A program made the translations under genes and the position numbers. Below the pieces are notes generated by a model. The model made no database searches, was not told the origin of the DNA, and saw only the letters and a program-made list of their open reading frames with translations. A stretch of DNA of 64,000 nucleotides, taken from NCBI GenBank assembly GCA_002269645.1, contig NIVC01000996.1, positions 248,001 through 312,000 of the forward strand, in the 5' to 3' direction. Positions 14,133 to 28,780 of the stretch are shown here, one piece after another (positions within the stretch are counted from its first letter, which is position 1; each line of letters opens with the position of its first letter). Source of the stretch: Macrostomum lignano. Taxonomy: Eukaryota.

Positions 14133-16160
14133 TGATTGCTAATCTAGCCAATCACAGATCAATTGGAATAGAATGGATTGCTAATCTAGCCAATCACAGA
14201 TCAATTGGAATAGAATGGATTGCTAATCTAGCCAATCACAAATCGATTGGAATAGAATGGATTGCTAATCTAGCCAATCACAAATCAATTGGAATAGAAT
14301 GGATTGCTAATCTAGCCAATCACAGATCAATTGGCATAGAATGATTGCTAATCTAGCCAATCACAAATCAATTGGAATAGAATGGATTGCTACTCGTAAT
14401 CTAGCCAATCACAAATCAATTGGAATAGAATGGATTGCTACTCGTAATCTAGCCAATCACAGATCAATTGGAATAGAATGGATTGCTACTCGTAATCTAG
14501 CCAATCACAAATCAATTGGAATAGAATGGATTGCTAATCTAGCCAATCACAGATCAATTGGAATAGAATGGATTGCTAATCTAGCCAATCACAGATCAAT
14601 TGGAATAGAATGGATTGCTAATCTAGCCAATCACAAATCAATTGGAATAGAATGGATTGCTAATCTAGCCAATCACAGATCAATTGGAATAGAATGGATT
14701 GCTAATCTAGCCAATCACAAATTAATTGGAATAGAATGGATTGCTAATCTAGCCAATCACAGATCAATTGGAATAGAATGGATTGCTAATCTAGCCAATC
14801 ACAAATCAATTGGAATAGAATGGATTGCTAATCTAGCCAATCACAGATCAATTGGAATAGAATGGATTGCTAATCTAGCCAATCACAGATCAATTGGAAT
14901 AGAATGGATTGTTAATCTAGCCAATCACAGATCAATTGGAATAGAATGGATTGCTAATCTAGCCAATCACAAATCAATTGGAATAGAATGGATTGCTAAT
15001 CTAGCCAATCACAAATCAATTGGAATAGAATGGATTGCTAATCTAGCCAATCACAAATCAATTGGAATAGAATGGATTGTTAATCTAGCCAATCACAAGT
15101 CAATTGGAATAGAATGGATTGCTAATCTAGCCAATCACAAGTCAATTGGAATAGAATGGATTGCTAATCTAGCCAATCACAAGTCAATTGGAATAGAATG
15201 GATTGCTAATCTAGCCAATCACAGATCAATTGGAATAGAATGGATTGCTAATCTAGCCAATCACAGATCAATTGGAATAGAATGGATTGCTAATCTAGCC
15301 AATCACAGATCAATTGGAATAGAATGGATTGCTAATCTAGCCAATCACAAATCAATTGGAATAGAATGGATTGCTAATCTAGCCAATCACAGATCAATTG
15401 GAATAGAATGGATTGCTAATCTAGCCAATCAATCACGGATCAATTGGAATAGAATGGATTGTTAATCTAGCCAATCACAAATCAATTGGAATAGAATGGA
15501 TTGCTAATCTAGCCAATCACAAATCAATTGGAATAGAATGGATTGCTAATCTAGCCAATCACAAATCAATTGGAATAGAATGGATTGCTAATCTAGCCAA
15601 TCACAGATCAATTGGAATAGAATGGATTGCTAATCTAGCCAATCAATCACGGATCAATTGGAATAGAATGGATTGCTAATCTAGCCAATCACAAATCAAT
15701 TGGAATAGAATGGATTGCTAATCTAGCCAATCAATCACGGATCAATTGGAATAGAATGGATTGCTAATCTAGCCAATCACAAATCAATTGGAATAGAATG
15801 GATTGCTAATCTAGCCAATCAATCACGGATCAATTGGAATAGAATGGATTGCTAATCTAGCCAATCACAAATCAATTGGAATAGAATGGATTGCTAATCT
15901 AGCCAATCAATCACGGATCAATTGGAATAGAATGGATTGCTAATCTAGCCAATCACAAATCAATTGGAATAGAATGGATTGCTAATCTAGCCAATCAATC
16001 ACAAATCAATTGGAATAGAATGGATTGCTAATCTAGCCAATCACAAATCAATTGGAATAGAATGGATTGCTAATCTAGCCAATCAATCACGGATCAATTG
16101 GAATAGAATGGATTGCTAATCTAGCCAATCACAAGTCAATTATGATAGAATTGGATCATA
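14133..16160. repeat. 42-bp satellite array 2 (same family as 7503-12008)
   Basis: About 48 units, same consensus and orientation. Confidence 0.95.
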
Positions 16161-16644
16161 ATAATCCAGCCTAAAGTCTACTGTAAAATACTGTAAAATA
16201 CTGTAAGTGGCTTATTCGACAATATTAAAAAAGCTGCTAAATTCCATAGTAACTTTTTCCTTTCCGCAGAAATTAACATTTTCAAATCCGCCAATCCTGT
16301 CCCCAGACTGCACTGGGTACATTTTAGGAAAGGAGAAAGTCTGGAGGAATCAGCTTGAAAAGAAGAAGAAGTCTCAAAGCCAGTAAGTGGTGCTCTTGTG
16401 CGAAGCGGTGCGCCATGCCGCCTGAACCCTGTGCCTCTCCTGTGCGGCCACTTCAAAACAGCGAGCGCTGATTGATGATTGATAGCCCGGGCAACTGCCG
16501 GACTCAAAGCTCTGAGGCCAGTTCGAATCGGGGTCTGGTTGAGGCAAATGGATGGCGCTGCGGAGCTTCTAGTAATTAGTAGCTTTGCGAATGCATTGCA
16601 TGCTTTCCGGTGCGTCTGATAGGCGCAATGAAGTCGGTTTTGAT

Positions 16645-17645
<1,001 letters not shown>

Positions 17646-18009
17646 CAGGCAGCTCAATCGTATTCCTCCAGCTTCAGCCCGCCTCCATCTGATTGATCTG
17701 CTGTTAGACTCGGAGAAAGCAGCCCCTCTTTCTGAGCAGCCGGTGCAATGTTTGATGCCGGGCAGCTCCATCTAGCACTGCAAATACGATGCATGGAGTG
17801 ATTGCGGAAAAGAGATTGGAGCTTTGGTGGTGTTGGGGTGGGGTTTGGAGCCAACACTCCAGGCGAAGTCAAGGCTCCGCAGCAGCTCGCTAATTCCATA
17901 CCGAGCGGGACGGGTTTCCTCATCTAGCAGTACTCTGTCTCAATCTCTCTCTCTTTCCCTCTGTCTACTCTCTGACTTAGCCGACAAAGCATATGCAGAA
18001 ATTGAAGCT

Positions 18010-18052
<43 letters not shown>

Positions 18053-18148
18053 TGTGTCAGCCTGGGCGGCGGCGAAAGAGCCTAGATCGGACCGCCAGAT
18101 CCTCCTGCATAAGAGACCAAATAGGAAAGTGACTGGGAAGTTTGAGAC

Positions 18149-18179
<31 letters not shown>

Positions 18180-19040
18180 AACACTACACATATGTGCGCA
18201 CATAAAGTGGTATGGGGGCGTGGGAGAAACTCCCCATGTAATTAAAAAAAACTCCAAAGGCAAAGAAAACCGACTTGGAGTGAGGCAGAGGAGATGGAAC
18301 GGGTGAGAAAGTCGAAGTTTGCTCGTTCGGGATTCAATGATGAAGTGCCGCAGCTGCCTATAGCGAGCTGGCTGAAAAAGTAGCGCTCATTTTAATGGCT
18401 TCATGAGTTATTTTTGTTCATTTGTTTTGTAATAGCCTGTTTTGTATTGGATTTCAGGCTTAGAATAATTTTTAGTCTGACAGGTGGAGAACAAGAGTCG
18501 GGCAGACAGGGGAGGACCGTGGCATGGCGAAATGAGAAAGAAAGGGGTGAGAAAGAAGAGGGAAAGGGAAAGTAAGAGAGGGAGAGGGAGAGAGGGAGAG
18601 AGGGAGGGAGAGAAGGAGAGAGGGAGAGAAGAGAGAGGAGAGAAGGAGAGGGAGAGAGGGAGAGAAGGAGAGAGGGAGGGAGAGAAGGAGAGAGGGAGAG
18701 AGAGAGAGAGGGAGAGAGGGAGGGAGAGATGGAGAGATGGAGAGGGGAGAGAGGGAGAGAGGGAGAGAGGGAGAGAGGGAGAGAGGGAGGGAGAGAAAGA
18801 GAGGAATAAAGAGAGAGAGGGAGAGAAGGAGAGACAGATGGAGAGCGAGGAAGGGAGAGAAGGAGAGAGGGAAAGGGAGAGGAAGAGAGGGAGAGAGGGA
18901 GAGAGGGAGAGAGAATTAGAGGGGGCAGAGATGGAGAGGGGGAGAGAGGGAGAGAGGGAGGGAGAGATGGAGTGAGAGAGGGAGAGCAAGAGGGAGAAGA
19001 GCGAGAAGAAATTGATCTGAAAGAGAGAGGGAGAGGGAGA
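18010..19040. repeat. (GA)n and GA-rich polypurine tracts
   Basis: (GA)n runs near 18010 and 18145, and a near-pure purine tract about 18550-19040. Confidence 0.85.
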
Positions 19041-20010
19041 CTGGGAGTGAGGAGATGAAGAGTGGCAGGCAGGCAGAGCTGGTGTGAAAGGGTGCTGAGA
19101 AGCTAATATGCTGCACCAATCGGTCATGTATTTCCTCAATGTCAAGCTCCAAACTCCGAGTCCATTCTGAGCGGGCGGGTGCATCATCAGCGAGAAAATC
19201 AATCACTCCGTGACTCGCGGGAACCGAGAAGCTCAAGGCAGAGCAGAGCAGGAGAGTAAAAATATAATAAATGATGATTTCTGGGTGTTACTGGAGCTTC
19301 AACCTATTTGTGTGCTCATAGCCGAAAAGTTTGAATTTTCCTAGAAGCCTCTGGATTCGTGGAAAAAGTATTTTAATTTTAAGTAAGCAAAACCAACTTA
19401 ATCAGTGTTGCTAATAAATTATTCATTTTATTTATAAACAATAATAAAACAAAATAAAATTGGAGCAGGAAAAGCGCTTGCTAATGGATCAAACTAAGTA
19501 CTTAGTAAAACAAAAGTACAACAATCGAGAGGAAGGCATCTCTGTTTTGAGCAAATTTTGAAAATAAAATTGGTAGCTTCAGCTATTCGTTTGCTGTGCA
19601 GGTTAATTAGCTAATCTTGTCATTGGAGGCCTTTTTAAAGCAGGTTACGTATTCTGAAGGTTGCCAGTTTGACCAAATTAATTGGGCACTTTAACGAAAG
19701 CAAAAAATTAGTTTCTTTCATTTTTTAATGCTACTACGAGCTACTTTATTGTATTTTGTAGTGTGAAGCTATATAGATGCACATTAAACCTTTCCACTAA
19801 TTTATAACTTTTGTTTTTGATGTGCCCACGTGAAAGACGCGATAAAAACGGTAACACCAATTTTTTATTTGGAATAAACGGGAGGAAGCTTAACAGAAAA
19901 TGATAACATTTTGATACAATAAAGCTAATAATAATATTCAAACTACTCTACTTAACCCATAAAAATAAGTAGTGTAGGACGGAAATTGAATTATATATTT
20001 TTTCTTATTT

Positions 20011-20434
20011 TCAGGCAGTAAAATACGGCTCCGGCTGCGGCTGATTCCAGGCGTAGCGAAACTCGGGCTGCACGAGGCTCGCCACCGTGTCCCGGCCCGC
20101 TCGGTCCGGCCGGACAAATTGCCGATGGTACGGCACAAAATTCGGTGGTCGGAACGGCAACTCGGAGCGCTCTTTCGGCGCCTGAGGCTGCTGATGACGC
20201 AGCTCGGCTTCGGCGCGAATCGCCGCGTCGGCCGCGTCGGCTTCGGCTTTGTCGCGGGGAATTCCACGGCTGGCAAGGAAATCCGTGGCAGCGTCCGGGT
20301 GGTCCGGGGCAACGCGGTTCAACACCAGAGCTCCTTGGCGCTGGAGTCGGGGCGGAGAAGGGCTGCGATTGAGACTGCTGATTGACTGACTGATTGATTG
20401 ACTGATTGATTGATTGATTGATTTATTGACTGAC

Positions 20435-20509
<75 letters not shown>

Positions 20510-20510
20510 C

Positions 20511-20541
<31 letters not shown>

Positions 20542-20542
20542 C

Positions 20543-20629
<87 letters not shown>

Positions 20630-20630
20630 C

Positions 20631-20689
<59 letters not shown>

Positions 20690-20794
20690 CTGATTGATTG
20701 ATTGATTGATTGATTGACTGACTGACTGACTGACTGACTGACTGACTGACTGACTGACTGACTGACTGACTGACTGACTGACTGACTGACTGAC

Positions 20795-20829
<35 letters not shown>

Positions 20830-22360
20830 CTGACTGACTGACTGATTTATTGATTGATTAACTGATTTTTTATTGGTCGGTTGACTGACTAATTGATGAT
20901 TTGTTGACTGATTGACTAAACTGACTGACTGATAAATTGATTGGTTAATTAATAGACTGAGTTTAGGCTGGCTGAGAGACAGACGGATGATCAACAGATA
21001 CATCGATAGGATTTACAAATTGATAAGTTAACTGTTTGATTAGCTCAAGTAAATTCTAAGCAGAGTCGAACTCCGGCACTCACCCGACCCCTGGGCGGAT
21101 AAATGTCCGGATGCCTGCTGTTGTACTGCTGCTCGTAGCTGATCTTCTCAGACCAGACTCGCCTCTGACCGGACTTCTCCCACAGTGGATTAACTGGAAC
21201 TGTTGGATAAATTATTTGTAGTAATTTGTCAAAATTTGCATGCAATTTAGCCCAACCAAAAACTGGGACTTAAGAAGTCAAAGCCAAACGGTTTCCTATT
21301 GTTCTGATTTACGATACAATTAGTCATTCATTTTTATTACACCTGCTTCAATAGGCAGATGTACAACCGACAGCTCAGCCGCAGCTATTGCGCGGCGCAT
21401 CTGAAGGCTGCGTACGGCTGTTCAGTCCAAGGACTGGGGGGTCGTCACACACGCCCTCAATTACCCCAGCTAATGCTGGCACCCATTTTACAGCTGGGTG
21501 AACTGAAGCAATGCAGAGAGTTAAGTGTCTTGCTCAAAGACACAAATTGTTCCGATAGGGTCGATAATCAAGTGGCGTTTTTTATGATAAAACAAATATC
21601 AAATATCGCAGCTATTGCTTAAGATAAAATAAAGTATTAAATACATGGAGCTTTAAATATTGTCTGAAATATGTATAGATTCACTTATCTGTACAATTGT
21701 GTAGGTGATCAGTCGATTAGTCAAGCTTTTATATGAAATTTACTCAATACACAGTTAATTCAGACCAATTTTGAAATTTATTTGAACTTGACTCGCGGAG
21801 CTACTTGCCTAAGAGTCTTTCATATATGCTGAAATTTAATTTGATATAAATATTCATCTTTTTAATTTGTGCTATTCGACGTCAATAAAATGTTCATTTA
21901 CACATGCACCAATTCTAATATTCGAAGAATGCACTGTACTGTTGAGATGCACCAACCGATTCCATTCGCTGCATCCGTGAATTTCTGCCTGAAACTCGCG
22001 CCTCGACCAGCGTCGCTACTCTGCCAAGTTCGAAATGCATCTCGTGAAGTCGAATCGAAGCTGTAATTGGGCCGATTGTGGCTGACCTTGCCCGGGTCGT
22101 TGATCCACCAGCAGTATTGATCGTCTTTGGTGGCCTCTGTAGTCACGTGACACACCGGGACCAGCATGGTGGCCACGTTCTCGCGCAGATGCGACGCATT
22201 CCAAGGACATGGATTGTGGTGCCGGAGATCGCGTTTCGGCCTGGGCGCCCGGTTTGCTGGCGGCTTCGGGTAGACGGGAGTCAGGTGGTCCTGGTGCTCC
22301 TTCAGTGGCTGGGAGTCGCGCGGTCTGGCGTAGTAAGCGTCCTCAAATAGAACTCGATAG
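20011..22360 (-). CDS. C2orf73-like protein (3 recognisable exons; start codon not located)
   Basis: Exons about 22360-21957, 21199-21084, 20340-20011 join in frame via GT-AG. Spliced motifs NVATMLVPVCHV..CWW, GIVPVN and ISYEQQYNSRHPDIYPPRGRRQGALV resemble recalled human C2orf73 motifs ([47 protein letters not shown]). 5' boundary approximate. Confidence 0.65.
20375..20850. repeat. (GATT)n/(GACT)n microsatellite, intronic
   Basis: Direct reading. Confidence 0.9.
21431..21575 (-). mobile_element. CORE-SINE fragment (5' truncated)
   Basis: Reverse complement reads TTGTGTCTTTGAGCAAGACACTTAACTCTCTGCATTGCTTCAGTTCACCCAGCTGTAAAATGGG, matching the copy at 43732 and the MIR-type CORE domain. Confidence 0.75.
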
Positions 22361-23173
22361 GTGTTCGGCCTTTGACGAATTCGAGTATCATTTTTATAGT
22401 TCGGAGGTGATGCAGAAGCTTTTAAATAAAAATAAGAACTTTCAGTTTTTTAATAACTCGGTAAAACTCGATTTTTGCCTTGTAAAAAAGTATTCAAGAA
22501 GCAGATTATAAAGTATCAACTTAGAAACGAAACGCAACATAAAAATGTAAGCCAGAAACTTTAAACCATCAACTAGGCTGCAATGGTAGTCATGGCTTTG
22601 CATTAGCTAATCAATTTTAAGCTAAGACTTTAACAGAAATTCATAGCTTTTGAAAATATTTTATGTTTTTTATGTACCTAGATTAGTTTAGTATACTGCT
22701 ACTGAAATAGTTATTGCCTAGGGGATGAGAATTTCTCAATAAGATATTGCTTTTTATTTTCATCAATATTTTTATGATAATAAAATTTATGAAAATTATC
22801 GACTTACTGGTAGGTTCCATCGACTGCTTTCTTCCTAGGAAACGAAGGTGCAAGAAGCTTCGAGTTTAACGGTTTCTTTGTCTCAGTCAAAGCTGAAAAA
22901 GACATTTTGAAGGCAAATTGTGATGACTTCTGAGCCTATTTACTAAAATCTTGACTAAAAACGAACACAATCATTTTAAATTCGCGCCAAAAGTTTTATC
23001 ACAAGTAGCGTATACACGTAACTAAGGTGACAAAAGAGAGGCAATTCAAATTCATTTTTTATTTGTGTTTTTCAAGTCGGTTTAGTTCTATTGTATCTTA
23101 AAACCGAACAATTTATAGACTTATTGACTACATTGATTGAACCAAGTATTTATTCTGGTAAATACCGAACGTA

Positions 23174-25948
23174 ATGGCAACTTTACATAAGTTGCTTAAA
23201 GAAGTTGACAGCATTGTGAAGGAGATCTACGATCAGCAGCTGTGAGTAGTATGCATTTTCTATTTGTTGCTTCTTGTTTTACTGCAATTATTATTTATTG
23301 ATAAAAATGAAATATATATTACTAATGATATTCAATATTTTACTGCCATTACAGCATTACTAAACGAAGCTCCTCCTAGGTATTTTTTTAAATGGACACA
23401 AACATGTTACTTTTTGGTTTGTGACATTTTAATTTTTTAACAGACAGTTACTTTTCATCACTGAACCTTTCTTTAAGATAATTCAGTTACAAGTCAAACT
23501 AATTGAATTTACTAATTAACTTTAAAGCTCTTAAAACATGCTCATGAAAATCCAAATATGTTTAGATTAAAATCTTATTGTTCATGTTTAAAACAAATTG
23601 AGAAGAAATAATGTTATTAATAATTAAAGCAAAATTGCCAGTATAAAAATTATGACTATAAAATACAAGGTCTGTTTGTTACAGGAAAATCAATAAAATA
23701 TCCTAGTGTATATACCAAACAAAAATTGCATAATAAATAGCTATAACGAATTATTTGATTATTTTAAAGTTAATAATCACTAAGAAATCATCAATTTTTT
23801 AGGATTTGTAAAATGAAATATTAATTCAATAAAAATGTTTGAAAAGTTAAAATACTGACAAAAATTTTCAACTTCAATCAAGATAAAATTTGCTTTAATC
23901 CCCTGTCCGCCACTGCAGTGAAGCCGAAGTCCACAGAAAGGAGGAGTACGATGCAGCCGTTCGCATCCAGTCCTGGTACCGGGGCATCCGAACCCGCAGT
24001 CTGGTCAAGAATCTGAACAGATGCGCCATCCGAATTCAGAGGCACTACCGCGGCTTCATGGGAAGGCGGCGCATCAGAGCCATTCTCATTGTAAGCTCTC
24101 TTGAGTGAGGCTGAAAAAAAGACTTGATTGAGTGAACCAAGCAGTCAAGCAATAAACAGAATTTAAACCGTCAATCTAGTCGTCAACAAATCAATTAGTA
24201 CATCAATCTATCAGCCAAAAATTAAAGCAGCCAATCAATAAAGCAGTGAATCAATCAAACAATGAGTCCATCAAAGTCAGTCAGTCAGTCAATCAATCAA
24301 TCAATCAGTCAATTAATCAATCAATCAATCAATCAATAAATCAGTCAATCCATCAATCAATCAGTCAATCCATCAGTATATCAATCAATCTATTAATCAA
24401 TCAATCATCAATCAATCGATCAATTCTACAAATATGTAGTGAATTAAAATTGTTAATTCTTTATAATTCAATCGTTAATAAATCAGAAATTGAAAGACCA
24501 TTTAATTCAAAGAGCATTCCTGACTGAAATCTATACTGCAAATAATTTCTACACTTGCACCGCAGGATTCCGTCAAGAGAATGTGCCTCGACCACTACAA
24601 CAAGCAGGCCGCCCAGATACAGAAAATGTGGCGCGGCTTTTACGTTAGAAAGTACGTGTTCGACTACTATAGCCGGAAGAAGTACCTGGAGTCGTTGGTT
24701 GCCAAAAACGAGATGATAAGGTTTGTTGGCTTGACAATTAATGAGATTTTTTATTCCTGAACTTCCTTGTGCGCCTTTAAAACGCATTGAGATGTTGGCA
24801 CTCCTTCAAATGAAATGTCACTCCTTCAAATGAAATGTCACTCCTTCAAATGAAATGTCGCTCCTTCAAATAAAGTGTCACTCCTTCAAATGAAGTGTCA
24901 CTCCTTCAAATGAAATTTAACTCCTTCAAATGAAGTGTCACTCCTTCAAATGAAATGTCACTCCTTCAAATGAAGTGTCACTCCTTCAAATGAAGTGTCA
25001 CTCCTTCAAATGAAGTGTCACTCCTTCAAATGAAATGTCACTCCTTTAAATGAAGTGTCACTCCTTCAAATAAAGTGTCACTCCTTCAAATGAAGTGTCA
25101 CTCCTTAAAATGAAGTGTCACTCCTTCAAATGAAGTGTCACTCCTTAAAATGAAGTGTCACTCCTTAAAATGAAGTGTCACTCCTTCAAGTGAATTGAAG
25201 CCCACTCAAGATGAGAAGCCAACACACCAGAAATTCCCCAATCTGCACTCGCACTTTCCTCAGAAGCGAACTGGCGGAACAGGAGGAGGCGATGCGTCGG
25301 GAGGCGCGGAAACGCGAGGAAGAGGAGACCCGACGCCGGCTGCGGGCCTGGGCTGAGCGGCATCACTACCTGGTCAGCACGGTGGTGCAACCGTCTGTAT
25401 TCAACAGTCCCTACAGGCCGTTCACCCTGCCAGAGGAGACGCTGCTGTTGAACACCCGACCGAAGACGCCGCCGAAAGTTGCTAGCGTAGGTCACGGGTT
25501 CGATCCGAGCTGGCGTCAGTACGGCCAGAACCAGCTGATGGTCCGCCTGCCGTCGAAGCTGCCGCCGCTCCCCGCCAAGCCGCAGGGCCCGTTCCGCCAG
25601 CCGGAGGAGGTTCGCGCCCAGCGCTACCGCGAGTTCCAGCCAAGCCTGCGGGTGGCCACCGACTACGAGGCGGTGAAGCGAGCGAGGGAGCAGTGGCGAG
25701 CCGAGGAGTGGGCCGGCAGGCTGTACGATGACGAGTTCAAGCCAACCAAGGCGCTACGAGAGAAGGCCTATCAACCGCTGATGCACACGGCCTCGGAGTA
25801 CGGCCACCTGGCCTACGGCAACGCGCACTTCCGCGAAGTTCAACCGGAGCGTCACGTGACTCAGGATCGGTTCCGCACCATTGTGCCGCCTGTGCCGGTG
25901 TTTGACAAATTGAACGCCGAATACGTCGAAGGTTACGTCGAAAATTGA
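23174..25948 (+). CDS. SPATA17: Spermatogenesis-associated protein 17-like (IQ-motif axonemal protein), 4 exons
   Basis: Exons 23174-23241, 23919-24090, 24566-24720, 25264-25948 with consistent phases. MATL start, IQ motifs AAVRIQSWYRG, IQRHYRGF and IQKMWRGF, then HYLVST, FNSPY, QGPFR..EV..QRYR, PSLRVA, matching recalled SPATA17. Confidence 0.9.
24797..25192. repeat. 20-bp minisatellite (GTCACTCCTTCAAATGAAGT)n in SPATA17 intron 3
   Basis: About 20 units at 20-bp period. Confidence 0.9.
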
Positions 25949-26699
25949 AAGATTTTTTTTCTACGAAATTAAATTTACACGCATATTGTTTTTTGTCCTC
26001 TATTTATCTATTTGTTAAATTCAAGTTTGTTTTAATTGTTGATGATAACGAAGTTTTCAAACTTCTTTCGCGGCAAATAAAAAATTAAGAAAACCACGTC
26101 CCAGGGAACTTCCGTAAGTGTTTCGTAACCTTTATAGAAGACATAACTATAAATAAAGAAATTATTTTGTAAAACTAACCAAATAAAACTGATTTGTGAT
26201 ACATGGTAACCCGCTAATAGTTCTGTTGCTTCAAAAAATGCTGTAGCTAAAACACACCTAATTGTTAAAATAATTGGTTCAAATAAATTAAACGAATGGC
26301 GGCACTTGGAGTTATGCATAGAACGACACGAACAATAAGCGTTAAGCGTTCTTATTTATTTGTTATATTTATGTAGAACTACACCAGGACTTTAGTTTCT
26401 ACATCCAATTCGCACATGGAAATAAAAAAACGGAAAAATGAACAATATTCATTTAAATATTTGATAATTAGTTAACAAAACAGAAAGTTTAAATTGTACT
26501 GTAAAATAATGATGTTATACTGAACGGAATTTATACGATGCATTTGAAACTTACTAAAAATTTGCAGCTTGAATAATAGTTCGGGATTATTGAATTATAA
26601 TACGCAGAAAAACGTTTGCAATACATGAGCTGACAAATACATAATACTGATACCTACACGACACAACGACATAACGAGTATCACCTGCCCCACACTGCG

Positions 26700-27000
26700 C
26701 CTCAGCCCCTGCCCAAAGCGACACCCACCCCACACTCTGGCTCTCAACCCCCTGCCCAAAGCGACACACACCCCACACTCTGGCTCTCAACTCCCTGCAC
26801 AAAGCGACACTCACTCCACACTCTGGCTCTCAACCCCCTGCCCAAAGCGACACACACCCCACACTCTGGCTCTCAACTCCCTGCACAAAGCGACACTCAC
26901 TCCACACTCTGGCTCTCAACCCCCTGCACAAAGCGACACCCACCCCACGCTCTGGCTCTCGACTCCCTGCCCAAAGCGACACCCACCCCACACTCTGGCT
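26700..27000. repeat. ~43-bp tandem repeat (CACACTCTGGCTCTCAACCCCCTGCCCAAAGCGACAC...)
   Basis: About 7 units, alternating variants. Confidence 0.85.
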
Positions 27001-27880
27001 TACGAAAGTCACTGAACGCACAACATTTTGTCTCAGCCTCCGAAAAAAGTAAAAACCTACTCTAACTACAAGCATAATAAACAGCAGATTGAATGAAGAC
27101 ATTACCAACAAGACTTTACCTAGATATATATGGTAAAACGGTCACTTGCAGAACAGGTAAGAAGCGATAGTCAATCATAAAAGAAATTTGGAGAACACTT
27201 CTTCGCACAAATGAAAAATAAATTTAGACCAAATGAAAATGAAATAAATAAGTATTAAAAATGACTTTTCCAGATTAGAATATGCTCGATAACCTTTCTT
27301 TGATCGCGACTAAGATAAAGATTAAATATTTGTACTTAAAACATTTTAAATCTTCGATTAAAATATTGACTAAAGCCTATTTGATGTGTCTCCTCCTTTT
27401 ACTCTCTCTTCTAAGCTTGTATGATAAAGAGATTTACATGTATCTATATAATCTCATCAGTAGAGACGGACACACAGACCGATGTTCTGTTTGATTAAAA
27501 TCCCATCTTTTGTTATAAAGTCGCCTTATGAGAAAAATCCCATCTTTTGTTATAAAAGTCGCCTTATGAGAGGTTCGGTGTGTTACCCGGTTGGACCATT
27601 TTGAGGTATAGAGAATCTGTGGGAAAAAGTTTATTATGACGCTTGATTCCTATAACTTGTCTATGGCCAAAACTGACAGATCCAAGTGCTTTTAGATCTG
27701 CGATGGCCACCAAAGACAACTCGTAACATATAGTAACTTTTGGTAACACATTGTATACAATTACATTACTTGATTAGTTACTTTTGATAGTTTGGTCTTG
27801 CACTACTCTTCGGATCTATTGTAAGTAGTGCGAAAGACGCCTATGCAGAAATTTGCTTGGTATGGAAGCGTAGCTTTAAG

Positions 27881-28780
27881 TGGGCGCCCCTGTCTCTTGG
27901 TGGGCGCCCCTGTCTCTTGGTGGGTGCCCCTGTCTCTTGGTGGGTGCCCCTGTCTCTTGGTGGGCGCCCCTGTCTCTTGGTGGGTGCCCCTGTCTCTTGG
28001 TGGGTGCCCCTGTCTCTTGGTGGGTGCCCCTGTCTCTTGGTGGGCGCCCCTGTCTCTTGGTGGGTGCCCCTGTCTCTTGGTGGGTGCCCCTGTCTCTTGG
28101 TGGGCGCCCCTGTCTCTTGGTGGGCGCCCCTGTCTCTTGGTGGGTGCCCCTGTCTCTTGGTGGGTGCCCCTGTCTCTTGGTGGGCGCCCCTGTCTCTTGG
28201 TGGGTGCCCCTGTCTCTTGGTGGGTGCCCCTGTCTCTTGGTGGGTGCCCCTGTCTCTTGGTGGGTGCCCCTGTCTCTTGGTGGGTGCCCCTGTCTCTTGG
28301 TGGGTGCCCCTGTCTCTTGGTGGGTGCCCCTGTCTCTTGGTGGGCGCCCCTGTCTCTTGGTGGGTGCCCCTGTCTCTTGGTGGGTGCCCCTGTCTCTTGG
28401 TGGGTGCCCCTGTCTCTTGGTGGGCGCCCCTGTCTCTTGGTGGGTGCCCCTGTCTCTTGGTGGGTGCCCCTGTCTCTTGGTGGGCGCCCCTGTCTCTTGG
28501 TGGGCGCCCCTGTCTCTTGGTGGGTGCCCCTGTCTCTTGGTGGGTGCCCCTGTCTCTTGGTGGGCGCCCCTGTCTCTTGGTGGGTGCCCCTGTCTCTTGG
28601 TGGGTGCCCCTGTCTCTTGGTGGGTGCCCCTGTCTCTTGGTGGGTGCCCCTGTCTCTTGGTGGGCGCCCCTGTCTCTTGGTGGGTGCCCCTGTCTCTTGG
28701 TGGGTGCCCCTGTCTCTTGGTGGGCGCCCCTGTCTCTTGGTGGGCGCCCCTGTCTTTTGGTGGGTGCCCCTGTCTCTTGT
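27881..28780. repeat. 20-bp GC-rich minisatellite (TGGGYGCCCCTGTCTCTTGG)n
   Basis: About 45 units differing essentially at one C/T position. Confidence 0.95.

Noticed and set aside
7478-15465. IANLANHRSIGIEW repeat proteins, or a CRISPR-like array
   Set aside because: Head-to-tail 42-bp satellite with no unique spacers and no cas genes; eukaryotic intronic context.
19105-19240. Minus-strand segment VIDFLADDAPARSEWTRSLE resembling a PH-domain C-terminus
   Set aside because: Too short, no convincing donor site or partner exons.
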